From Camelus ferus (Eukaryota), in NCBI RefSeq assembly GCF_009834535.1, contig NC_045697.1, forward strand, positions 22,756,001-22,820,000: 64,000 nucleotides of DNA, read 5' to 3'. Below are positions 52,239-64,000 of the stretch, piece by piece (position 1 is the stretch's first letter; every line of letters begins with the position of its first letter). The translations under genes were made by a program, and so were the position numbers. Under the pieces are notes generated by a model. That model did no database searches, had not been told where the DNA came from, and saw nothing but the letters and a program-made list of their open reading frames with translations.

Positions 52239-52323
52239 GGGGGAGATGGGGGTAGTAGCTCAGTGGTAGAGCACATTCATACATGAGGTCTTGGGTTCTA
52301 TCCCCACAACTTCCATTAAAAAA
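52239..52323 (+). mobile_element. short, diverged camelid tRNA-derived SINE
   Basis: gtagctcagtggtagagcac...atgaggtcttgggttctatcccca...ttccattaaaaaa. TSD-like aaaca(t/a)tgtgct at about 52226 and 52332. Confidence 0.82.
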
Positions 52324-52959
52324 GTTTTTTTAAACAATGTGCTATTTTCTAAAGTCAGTTCATTAGAGTGTAATCCCAGTGAAAGTATAGACTGGGTTCG
52401 TTTTTGTTTACCTTAACATCCCTAGTGTCCAGAACATTGTCTGATGCATACTAATTGCTCATTAAATGTATTTAAAATTAATTCAAAAAGAAAAAATAAA
52501 ATGTGCCTCTCCTTACTATATAAAGTAATTTCTGGTAGTTTGATTTTCATTTTGAGTATCTAAGAAAGCTGTACTGAAGCTGTAGAGCTTTTTAAAGTAG
52601 GTAGTTTTTACTTTTGTTCTTTCTTCAGCAATTAAAATCATTGCTACCACTTATATAATGCTATTATATGCCAGTGTTCTAAATGTTTTATTCCTATTAA
52701 TCAGCTTTATCCTCTAGCAAGACACAGTAGATGAAGGCCTTTCTTTATCAGTATGCAAGATATGTGAAGTGCCCTTGTCCCATTTCAGTGTCCACTTTCC
52801 TTCTGATAAAATGTGCTGCTACGTAGATTCCGAAGTCAAAAAATAAGTAACAGATAATACTCACTGTTGAGGTTTGTGTGTACTGATTTGGACTTCCTTC
52901 TCCCCTTGAAAACTGATTCACTCATGAAAGATAGAGAATTCACCTATTTATTTCTTTTT

Positions 52960-53515
52960 TAATTTTTTTTTATTTTGAGTTAACTTTAGACAGAAAAGTT
53001 ACAAAAATAGTACTGAAATATCTTCTATACATTTCTTCCCAAGCTCACCTACAATCAGCACCTTACATAACCCCAGTAAAATTATCAAGACCATAAAAAT
53101 AACTTTGGTTCAATATAACTATAAACTACAGACCTTACTGAAATGTCATCAGTGTTTCCACTAAGGATTCTTTTTCTATTTAATGATCTTTTGCAGAATT
53201 CCACGTTGAATTTAGTTGATATGCCTTCTTGATCTTCTTCTATATATAACAGTGAATCAGTCTTTGCTTGTCTTTAATAAACTTGATAGTTATGAAAAGT
53301 GGTCAGATGTTTTGTTGAGTGTCCCTGACTTTGAGTTTTTCTAATACTTTCATGTGATTGGAATGAAATTATTTATTTTTTGTCCAGGATATTACAGAAA
53401 TTATATAGTATTCTTCTCAGTGCTTCATATCAAGGGATTCATAATGTCATTCATTTTTATTACTTGTGATGTATACCTTATCACTTGGGTAGAGTGGCAT
53501 CGTCTGACTGCAAAT
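52960..53515 (-). mobile_element. old LINE-1 3' end (L1MC/MD-like)
   Basis: ttattttgagttaactttagacagaaaagttacaaaaatagtac...actacagacctta...ggtcagatgttttg...tatcacttgg. Confidence 0.85.
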
Positions 53516-55604
53516 TTATGTCTTGAAGAATATGAGATAGGGAAGTAGTCTTCAAAAATTTGTATTTGCAAAGTTCTCCTTCCCTGCCCCTTTGTTCTGT
53601 TTCCTCTCACTTTCATAGTGGGAATGAGGCAAGGAACAATATATGAAGTTATTCCAGTCATCTCCACCATACAGTGATCCTTACCCATCCTCCACACACT
53701 TTATGCCGTATTCATTGTGAAACCAAAGTCATATTCAGAGTCTGAAGACAGAACGGTTCTGTTCGGGCTTGAAGGCATAGAAGAAACAAGAGTACATTAA
53801 TGGTGCCCAAATTATGCTACACAAGAGAATCATTTGTGGAATTTTTGAATCCAGGATCCTGAGAATGTTGCATGGATATCCAGGTTTATTTTGTCTGGGT
53901 CCAGAGCTGAAAGCCACTCCCCATATGGAACTCTGACAGCTTGAGAGCAAATACCAGCCCTGCATGGTGAATGAAAGAATAACAATGAGAGGCTTTTGGT
54001 TTCCTGGCTGAGACAAATCCTTCAAAAATAGTGTCAAAAGGTTGCATGTGGCTAAGGGAGTAAGATCTTTCTTTGTGAACCCTATTTATTTCCTTGATTT
54101 TGGCAGTAATCATTTTTTTCCATTATTCTTAACAATGAACTTAATTGGTAACCTTCATAGGATTTGAATTTCATTTTTTTGACCAAAGGGCAGTGTAAGT
54201 GATGAAGGGATGCTGTTAGTCAAGATACAAATCCTCTGGGGGGAAAAGAGAGCTTGATAAAAGCTTGATAAGTCATGTGTAATTTTTAAAGATGGCAAAA
54301 ATAAATCCCTTGGTGAATGATAAGCTTTTGTATTCCAAACTTGAGTTGAATAAGTGCAATAAGTAATGATCTGAAATCTCACTGTAGCAATGCAGAATCC
54401 TCTGAGCTAAAACATTAAGTGTGGCTTCTTCAAATCTGAGTCAGGAATTCTATTTGTCTAGATCATTATTGGGACTAACTGCTTAAAAAGAATCTGAAAC
54501 AAGCTGATGGCGGGGAGATGGAGAAGAGAGTTAACACTAAGGAAAGACTAATTTATGAGGCAAAATGTTTAAAACTGAGATTCAGGGTTCAGTAACATAT
54601 TTCTGAGAATTAGGATAGGATGCACATTTATTAAAATATGTGCTATGATTTTAGAGGAAATAATTTCATTTATTTTTTTCTCTTTTTCACACACAAATTC
54701 TTCTGTTAAATATTTCAAAATAAGATAATTTTCCTTAATTCTCAGCAACTTTGGAACTGAATTAAGCAACAAAAGCGAAATAATAATTAGAATTTATTAT
54801 TTTTATCTGTAAAACAGAATTGCAAAGTATTCATCATTTTATATTTCAATAATAAATGTCACAGATATCTTTATCAAGTGAAGGCTTGACGGATGTAAAC
54901 AACAATACACAAAAGCAATCACAAGAGTGCTATCGTTTTCCATACTGTACGCAGACTAGCACTGCATACAACTCAGATTTTCTTTGTGTATCTGCCAGTT
55001 ACTTTTAAATATCTATTTCCTAAATTGTTATGACATTTCCAGGTTTCTTCCTTTCTCTTAAACTAGGTAACCTCTTTTTTTAATGTCTCTTTTAGCTTTG
55101 GTCCTTGGTATAGGACCACGTCCTTGGTATAGAATCAAATGTAAGTTTAAGATGTTACAAAATGATTTTTTCAGTGAAAACTGTTTTACTTAAAAGTATG
55201 ACAATCTGTGAAATGCACCTGTCCTCTTCCTTTCCTGCATAACCCCACTCCCACTGCTCTAACTCTAGCGAAACCCCTCCCATAATGCAAGAATGAGCTT
55301 GCCAGCTCAAGTGTGTTCTAGACCCACGGGGCTTCTAACACCTTCACGTTCACTGTCCAATCACTGATCAATATTTTTGTCACCTGTTCCAGCTTGTCTC
55401 TGAATTATTACAAGATTTTGGTGATTAGCCCAATTAAACTTTTCTACTTCTATAATGAGCAATCCTGGAAGATTTAGTGGAGTGAATGCATCTTCTGCAG
55501 ACTTTACCTTGACACTCGCTCTGGATTTTGAATTCTGACTTTGGCTCCCTCTGAATGGAAAATCAGTAAAGTGGAGAGAGGATGTCTTGATTCTGACAAA
55601 ATTT

Positions 55605-55770
55605 GTTCAAGTCTCAACATAATCACTTATTGCTGTGTGATGTGGTGCCAAGGACTTACTTCTCTGACTGTTCATTTTTGCAATGAAAAAATTTAATAAT
55701 TGTTGAGGTAACACATATAAAAATGTAGCATAACACGTCGGCCATAGTAAGTGCACAAATGAGTATTTAT
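55605..55770 (+). mobile_element. MIR SINE
   Basis: cacttattgctgtgtga...acttctctgactgttcatttttgcaatg...catagtaagtgcac. Confidence 0.65.
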
Positions 55771-58317
55771 TTAGCAGGTCATTTCAGCTGCCCATTAAAG
55801 ACCTAAACATGTAAACATGCTGGATACAGTGCTACATTGAAACACAGAGCAGAGAAACATATAAATGAATGCCCAACTATGGCAGCAAGGAAGCAGTGTC
55901 CCCAACCAGTTCAAAATAGTGTGCAAGCTTTGAAAGGCATTGCCGAGCTCTGGAAATGTGACAGCAAGCTGTGCAAACCCAGAGAAGCAGAAAGCCTTGC
56001 AAAAATTGAATGTAGGAAAAATTCTAAGAAAAACAATAAACTTCAAAATACAAAACAGCATTTTTGCATAATCAATGCTTTAGACATGTAAAAAATGTGA
56101 AGTATAATCTGTGAACTAGATCAACTTACTTCAAATAACTGAACTCGGTAGTATTATGAAATCCTACAATTGAAAACACACCATAAAACAAGAAACCTGG
56201 AAATTGATCCAATATCACCAAAATCCTTATATTATCTACACTGGATTTACCACCTGTATCTCTCCTCCAAGAAATGTATGTTTTGTTTGTTTGTTTTCAT
56301 TTTGCCTGTAATGTTATATGCCCTATATTTGTTTAAACTTCGATCTGCTTAAGTGATTCAGTTTGCCCTTCCTCCTCATTTCTGTTGGGAGAAATCTCAT
56401 TATCCTTTAGATTCCAACTCAAAGACCTCCTCCCACAACTGGAAATCTTCTCATGACATTCTGGGCAGAGTAAATACATCTTTATATATTTTTTCTTTCT
56501 AACTATCATGCAAAAATTATGATGGGCTTTTATGTAACCGCATGGTGGCAAGAACAATAATTTATGATGCAAGACAGAGTGGTTCTTAATGCATTTGTAA
56601 GAATAAGAACGAATGTTCAAACTATGAAGATAGGATAACCTTCTGTTTCTGTAGACATCAATCAATGGACTAAATGTGGGAAAAGCAAAGAATAAGAAGG
56701 CAAGGCAAATTTTTTAAAAAGCACCTAAATGTGTAAGTGTGACTGTGTGTGTGTGTGTAGATATGGATGTGTGTGTGATAAGAAAGAGGAGGTGGAAAAA
56801 TACAAAATAAGCACCACTGGTGATAAAAAATAAAAATACAGAGGCAATTACTTCACATTGAAAATAACGCCAAATTAAAATATATGTGTAACTTTTTTGC
56901 TTTAGTTTCTCAAGTGTGAAAAAATAACAATGCCCAACATTTATAAATCCACAGATTTATACTAACAGTTTATACATGGGGATCAACTAAGTTAATGTTC
57001 TTTCAGTGATGAGTGTTATTAAGTACAGTATCCTAAAAGTCATATTATACATTTAATTTATATAGGCGATTTTAGAAAAGTTCATTCAGGCAGCAGTTTC
57101 CTTATATTTGGTTCACTTTATTTAGTGAGCCAGTGTGTCATAAAAATAGATTATGTTTTGGTCATACTAGGTTATAATTTATAGAGAGAAAAACCCAGTG
57201 AATCGTATATATTTCAGATGATATAAACACCAAAAGGTTTGCATATGCAAGAACAAAAATTGATGCTGTCCAGTTTTTAAAGATTTCAGAGGACAATATT
57301 ATAGTTAAACTTCCGGAAGCATTTTTTTTTCCATTATCTACTTTCTGTGGCTCTAAAATATGTTGTAAACCTATGTGTATATCTATGAAACTTGAAATTG
57401 CTTTATACAAGGAAAAAACTTACATTACAGTTTTTCTGGAATGTTATTTAGTAAGTTAAATTGTGATTAATCATATTATGAGCAGATCATTTAATCATGT
57501 TGAAGAAGTAGGATATACTTTTTCCCACTGTACCTGTGAAAGGGATGAAAATTAGGTAGAAGAGCACTCAACCCGGAATTGAAGGTAAGAGGTAAACCAA
57601 GCAAACATTGACAAGGCTTACCCGCAAATCAAATAAGCAGCATGTATGCTACTTAGGCTGATAATTCAACACTCATTATATTAAGAGCTCATGTAAACTT
57701 TAATAAATACATTAAATTCTATGAGAATGAATTGATAGGTCAAAGAGATAACTGCACAATGCCTGAAATAAAATGACGGTCATTTTTATAATATCATATT
57801 ATATAAATGTATAAGATATAAATTTTAATTACATAAGTCAGAATTTGATTACATTTAATTGCTTTTTATGCTTTGCCATTTAATTTTCCTTCATCATGAG
57901 TCTGTATTGTTATGTATATTTTATAATTAAAATATCCAATGTAAACTTGAGGATATTGTACAAAAGTTATTCCTAACTTTTTTTAATGTAATGTATTCAT
58001 TTAATAACATACATGGAGGAGAACACTATATATTTTATAGGTTATAACCCAATTCTGGAAGAACAGAGATGTAACTTCAAGCCACAGTCATTTTGTATAT
58101 AAATTATTCCTATTTTTACCAAACTTTAAATTATGAATCGTAGTGCTGAATTTTATCATAGGTCCCAAACATAGAAATTATATTAGGACTACAGTATGTT
58201 TAGTTGAGTTTGGGTTTTGCTATTAGGTTAATATTCTGGCAACTCGCTAGTCTGGGGTCATTATTTTTGGTTGGCAAACAATCGAACATGTTTATGCACC
58301 TGAAATTGCTTAAAACA

Positions 58318-58422
58318 ATGTGAAAACAAATATATGTATGTTGATGTATGACTGAAGGATTGTGCTGTACACCAGAAATTGACACAACATTGTAAACTGA
58401 TTATACTTCAATAAAAAAAAAT
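58318..58422 (+). mobile_element. heavily 5'-truncated young LINE-1 3' end
   Basis: atgtatgactgaaggattgtgctgtacaccagaaattgacacaacattgtaaactgattatacttcaataaaaaaaa; near-identical to 23258-23333. Confidence 0.9.
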
Positions 58423-61400
58423 ATATATATATACAAAAAGTGTATCTTTCAAGCTTATAGGATTTAAGAGAGCATCGTGTTAGTTTCCCTTCCCCACGAA
58501 CTCCTTGAAGATATGAGATGAATATCATTTATAGTCTTCTCAAAGGTCAAAAGGACAAATGCTATAATAGTGACATAGGTATAGTGACAGTGATGTCATC
58601 ATTCTAACTCATATCATTGAATTACAAATGCTAGGAAGAATGATGCACAGTAAATCATCCTGATATATGTATTAATTCTTTCTTGTGTCCTTAATAGACT
58701 TACTTAACCTATGCATTTCTGTGCTCTTAAAAAATGTTTTATGAAGTTGTAAATATGTTATAGCTAGTAGGAGCAAAAGTGACATCTACTTATAAATCAT
58801 ATTGACACAAACCTGAAATGTGCAGAATTTTCATGAAGCCATTGGGATCCCAGGTCCACAGAACAGCCTACGATGTGAGCACTGGGATTACATGGATATA
58901 TATATTGGATATCTGGTCTGTGTAAAATTTTTTTCAGGAGCATCAAAGGTCATAAATTACCTACTCAATAGAATTAATCTGATGAGAGAAGGGGACATTT
59001 AGACGTCTAATACAAAAAGGAAATAAATGTGAAGATGAGACAGAAGACTATTGACTTTGATATAAAAATAACAGTGGCAAGTCTTAAGCTTCCAAATTAA
59101 AAAATTAGCTGTTTACAATTTTGAGGTAACACTAAATCACAGCCTGACAACTAATCAGTAAAGCATTTCAATAAAATTGGAGACTATTGAATAGGCTGGA
59201 TGTTATTGCTGTCTGGGCAGGAAAACTGGATAGAACGTGGCTTCCCAATATTTTACCCTTAAAGTTATTTTTTCAAAGCCTTTCAAATGATAAAAATACA
59301 CCCACAATATTTTTAAATAATCAATATTAGTTAAATAGGAACTGACTTAAAGGTATTGATATTTCCAAAGTTTGCACAAAAATTTTAGCTAACTTCTCCT
59401 ATACTAAAAATACTTTGAAAACAATCTTTTTCACATGTAAGTTCAAAAATCAATTCCAAATAACCATGTAAATATGTGTGCAAAGGCAAACACACACACA
59501 CAAACACACCACACACAACCTAAAATGCCTTCCTGAAATTGTGAGTGCCTACTGTCTTATATACAAAGAAATCTAACTACCTGTTTAAAATAATTAAAAT
59601 ACAACCCAAGAGTGTTGTCTGCTCAAAAACCTATGATATAAAATGTCATATGTCTCCAAAATATTTTGAGTAAGAAAATTATGCTAATTTACAAAATAGC
59701 ATCCATAAACTCGACCCAAATTCAAAAGACAATAGGTACAAACAGAGACTAAATACCTCTTCCTTTCAGAGACATTTTCTGTCTTAACAGAATTCCCTTC
59801 AGCAAAATATTCAGAAAATATAAACATATGATGAAAGATCATATTTGTTAACTGTTAACTGTTGACTATAAATTTAATTATTGATCAACTCTTAGTAGTA
59901 AAAGTTTTCAATGAAATTATTCATGGTTTTAATGATTCTACATATTACAGTGAATTTTCTTTTGTTCATTTGTGAAAGAATAAAATGTACTATCTCATGA
60001 TTTCTGAAAATCCATTTTACTTTCTTTTGTTCTGTATTTTTATCTTTATCTTGCTCCTATCAAACTGGTTAACAAATTTAGTCCGTTTACTTGTTATTTT
60101 TCCCCCAAAGTCAGCTACTGTCAAATATTGTATTAGTTTCCTTGTGAGAACTCTGATCCAGCTGGGAAAGGTATGATGTTTTTAGTGCTATTTCTCAAAT
60201 GATAATTTATTTGTTTTTTATAACCATGACTCTGATGTTAGTTTGTAGGAAATTAATTGACACAGGTGTGTAGAAAGGAGAGGCTGAGATCAGATACACA
60301 TATTTTGAAATAAACCAGCAGATTACTCATACTTATAAAGTTTTACTTTCACACAGCTCTTCTGTAGGTGGTACTACTAAATACAGTCTTCTCTGATGTC
60401 CTGTGAAGGACCAAGTGGGCTTTTTTTGTACCATATGGCTTCCCTATCACACGTGGCTAGACTGTAGGGAGCACTAATACTAGTGAAGCTGGTTTTATTT
60501 ACCATTTAGGAAAAATAAAGAGAGATGCTAAAAAAAAAAAAAAGACAAAAAAGTGACATCATGTGGACTACAGAAGAGCTAGAAAGAAATGGAGAAGTGA
60601 AATTACTTTTGGTCCCATCCTGGTACCTTCCCAGTCCTTGATTTTGAATTCTTAGAGTCCAAAACACATTTATATCCTGTGATATAGTGTTATTGGGCAC
60701 TAACTATAATCCAGATATGTCCTAGAACCAATTATATAAGAACTTCTGATTTCACACAGGAGGAAACGAAAGCTAAAAAGTATAGACACTGTGGCAAATT
60801 TTCTAGAGCAAATAAATAAGAACCAGGATTCAGAGAATTATCCTCTGGTGCCCATACTTAGAATTATTGCCCTATTCTACCTCTAAATTTCACAAAATCA
60901 ATGTTTCTCTCTTATTGAACTAGCTGTGTGTTACCTTGAAATCAAATAGTTTTGATTAAAACACTTTAGAAAAATTGTGAGAAGAATGAGAAAAGAAGTG
61001 AATAAGGATGCAACCCTGGGTAAGCTCAATTTTCTAGTTGTAGATGGCAGAGATTTCCTGAAATGAGGCGAAGTGAAAGTTGTCTGACTTATGAGGCAAA
61101 GGAGGAAATGGGGCGGTCACAGGCACTTTTGGTGCCGCCATTAATCAGTGAGATGATGTTCCCCACCATTCTTTCAGACTATCTATTTGGCTTTGATTTG
61201 GAACTGTATAAGAAAGAATGAAAAGAAGACACTAATATTTCCTACGTTATCAATGGTTTGGGCCATGTGGAGGGTCATCTCTATTTTACTGAAAGCACAG
61301 AATATGTGAAAACAGGGCAGACGTGCAGCCATTATCATCAGTGCTTCTGCCACAAGTTCCAGCTCAGCACAATTATAGTCCTAATTCTGATCATATTTTA

Positions 61401-61871
61401 ATTATGAATTTACATCTATATCTTTTCCTTCCTCCTTCTTGTCATCTTTAGAATGTTCCTTCCTAGTGTTGTCACCCTCTATACTCTCTCTGAATCAGGT
61501 CGAATGGAAAAAGATTCCATTCATTTTTTTGGAGTTTCCTAGTCATGAAAATATCTGAAAGGTTATCAGTTTTTCCCCAACTCCCTAACTTTTAACTGAC
61601 ATGCTTAATCAACAATGCTGACTGCTTTGTGAATGACAGTTTCAAATTCTCCAAAGGAAAGACATCTCTCCATTCAATGCATCCCCATGTAACCCATGCT
61701 AACAGAGCTAATCTTGCCTATCAGTGAATTCTTTAGGTTACTAAGCTCATAATTAAAAGTCTTCACTAATGACATGGTAATTGTTTTAATGGATTTCCAA
61801 TGAAGTGTGAAGTTCCCTGCTGATATGTCAACAAAATATGAAGCATTGTGAGAAAATGATGTAAAGCTTCA

Positions 61872-62010
61872 CAGAATTTAGAGTTAGAGAAGACCTTCAA
61901 ATTATCCACGGTAACCTCATATTAAAAAAGAGGAAACAAGCCCCAGAGAAGTGAAGTGTATCACTGAAGGTTATTACACTGAGTGGAAACTATAAATGTT
62001 CTAACTTTTA
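61872..62010 (-). mobile_element. MIR/MIR3 fragment
   Basis: cagaatttagagttagagaagacctt...gaggaaacaagccccagagaagtgaagtg. Confidence 0.7.
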
Positions 62011-64000
62011 GTACAATGATTTATTTCCATCTCACTGCTTATTAGTTTTGCCCTGCTTTTTATTTGTATAGCCCATATGTCAAAAAACACTTTCTTTTAT
62101 GCTTTTTATTTTATCAATGGAAGTAGTGGTGTATTTTATGAATAACAGTGTACAAATAAAAACATTTTTTTTACATTAGTTTTATGGGAGAGATGCAAAA
62201 GTGACTTCGGTGGTGAAAATCTACCGAGCTGAGAATTTCCTGGTTGGATGCCTCTATAATAAAGGTCTTGAGAAGTCAATGAAAGGAGGGAGTTCTGAGG
62301 CAATCAGAATGATATGGTGTAACCTCATAATCAAAAGTCTGGTATATGAAGTGACTTAATTTTGTTTATATTTGTATAACATTAAAATGTTTAAAACTAT
62401 TTCCAGTTATTTTAATCTTATAACTGTGAAAGGAGATAGAATACATATGAGAGCTTTTCAAAACAGAAAACTGAGAAAAGAGTTAAGCAACCTACAGTGA
62501 ATAATCAAAACCTGAATTCCTCATTCTAAGGGCAAGCCATGCAAAATGACATGGGTTGCAAGCATTTAGCAAAACCCATTTAAGACTTAGTTTCAAAGCA
62601 TAATCCTTAGAGGAGGCATATGAGAGAATTTCTTCACTGAAAATTCATATTAAATTCCTTAGAAATCTAAGCAGAGACTATGAGAGTGTTATTTTGCTTT
62701 GTCTTAAGTTGCCAAAGAATATCGTCCATTATTGATTCAGAAATGTTCCCAAAACGTCGAATAGTTTGAGTAGTCTTTATAAGCCTTTTGAAGTTTCAAA
62801 AGTATAAATTCAAGTTAACAGTCATATACTCATCTCCTTTTGAAGTAGGTTAAAACATATATTCTCAAGGAATTTAAAGTTATGTGTCAATTTCCCAAAA
62901 TATTTAACGGGAAATTGTTACCAACTCAAGGAACTATCAGCCCTAGAGAATTAAAATTGATAAGCATATTAGCTCTCTTAACCTGGTCTGAGTTTCATTT
63001 TACACAGGCATGATATTCTTCTTACCTATCTTCATTTAAGAAGCATTCTAAGAAGGATAATTATCATTAAAAAAAATAGTTTTTGCCAAGCAAGCCACCA
63101 TTTAAATGCAAAGCACTCTTATTATCACTGTGTCGGCACCCTAGCTCATGTATAGAGTAAGCAATGTACTGCTTCCTCACTTATGTCTAGCTTTCAATGG
63201 TGTCTCATGCTGTTAAGCTAACTGTTAGACTGTTTCATTTTCCCACTTGATGAGGGAAAGTGATGTTAATTTTAATTGGATTGCTGTATTTCATTACTTT
63301 GTTAATTTCTCTCTTTATATTTCTTTTCTGATGGATTTCATCAGAAATTAGCTCCAAAATAGAGCTTATAGTGGAGATTCTTCTATAATTTGACAAAATG
63401 TAATATTCACTTACAAGCTTAAAGGATCTGTTGAAGTCCTTGAATGAAAGGAAAGAATTGCATCATGTTTGATTGCATTATGCAACCTCATAAATTAGCT
63501 TTTCTCCTAAAATCAAAACTCTGGTGCCCTTCTTTTCTCCACTATGGCCCCTCTTCCCTTCAGTACTGATGGCTGGCCCCCAAACAACCAGAAGCATCAT
63601 GCCACATTCTGGCTAGCTCTCTGTGCTTGACTGTATTTTAGTTTATGTTTCTTTAATTCTTTCTCTCTCTTGGAATTACAAGTTTTAACAAGTGAGCCTA
63701 TTAAACATGGATGAGGAAATAAAGACACCCCCCAGAGCTTGTTAGATTTATAAAACAAATATGATGATGTGAAATACAATGCAAATGTTAAATAACCATG
63801 TAATATGGGTGTGTTGTATCGCCATGTGGTGTCACTCAAATTCCTGGGGTGGGGGTAGGACTTCATCTTCTATGACACTGTAGCTCTCAAAGAGGGGCAT
63901 ATGGTCTGTGACATTATGAATGTACCTCATACACAGAGAGCTGAAATGGGGCTCAGCCATTGTGCTGGATTTGGGTCCTTTTGCTGGATGATCCATAGGT

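Noticed and set aside
1..64000. CRISPR arrays, operons, defence systems, intact retroviral or L1 ORFs, rRNA or mitochondrial inserts
   Set aside because: The sequence is eukaryotic and essentially non-coding. I saw no regularly spaced repeat-spacer array, no ORF over 137 aa and no rRNA- or mtDNA-like segment.

Overview
AT-rich, CpG-depleted mammalian genomic DNA, most likely from a camelid (camel/alpaca/llama), judged from three tRNA-derived SINEs resembling vic-1 and several young L1 3' ends. The window reads as a large intron or gene desert. It contains ancient eutherian repeats (L1M, L2, MIR, MLT1 and ERVL LTRs, MER47/Tigger5, MER3, MER58), one ERV1-type solo LTR, lineage-specific SINE/L1 insertions and microsatellites. 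I recognise no known protein-coding gene, RNA gene, CpG island or prokaryotic system, and none of the ORF-track entries is convincing as a standalone gene. The main non-repeat signals are a speculative, phase-consistent minus-strand four-exon model (140 aa) ending at a good poly(A) site, three plus-strand exon-like segments, a 24-bp exact direct repeat 1.6 kb apart, and several motif-dense enhancer-like islands. Repeat family names come from remembered consensus sequences, boundaries are approximate, and both need RepeatMasker/Dfam confirmation. I found no convincing novel biological system.
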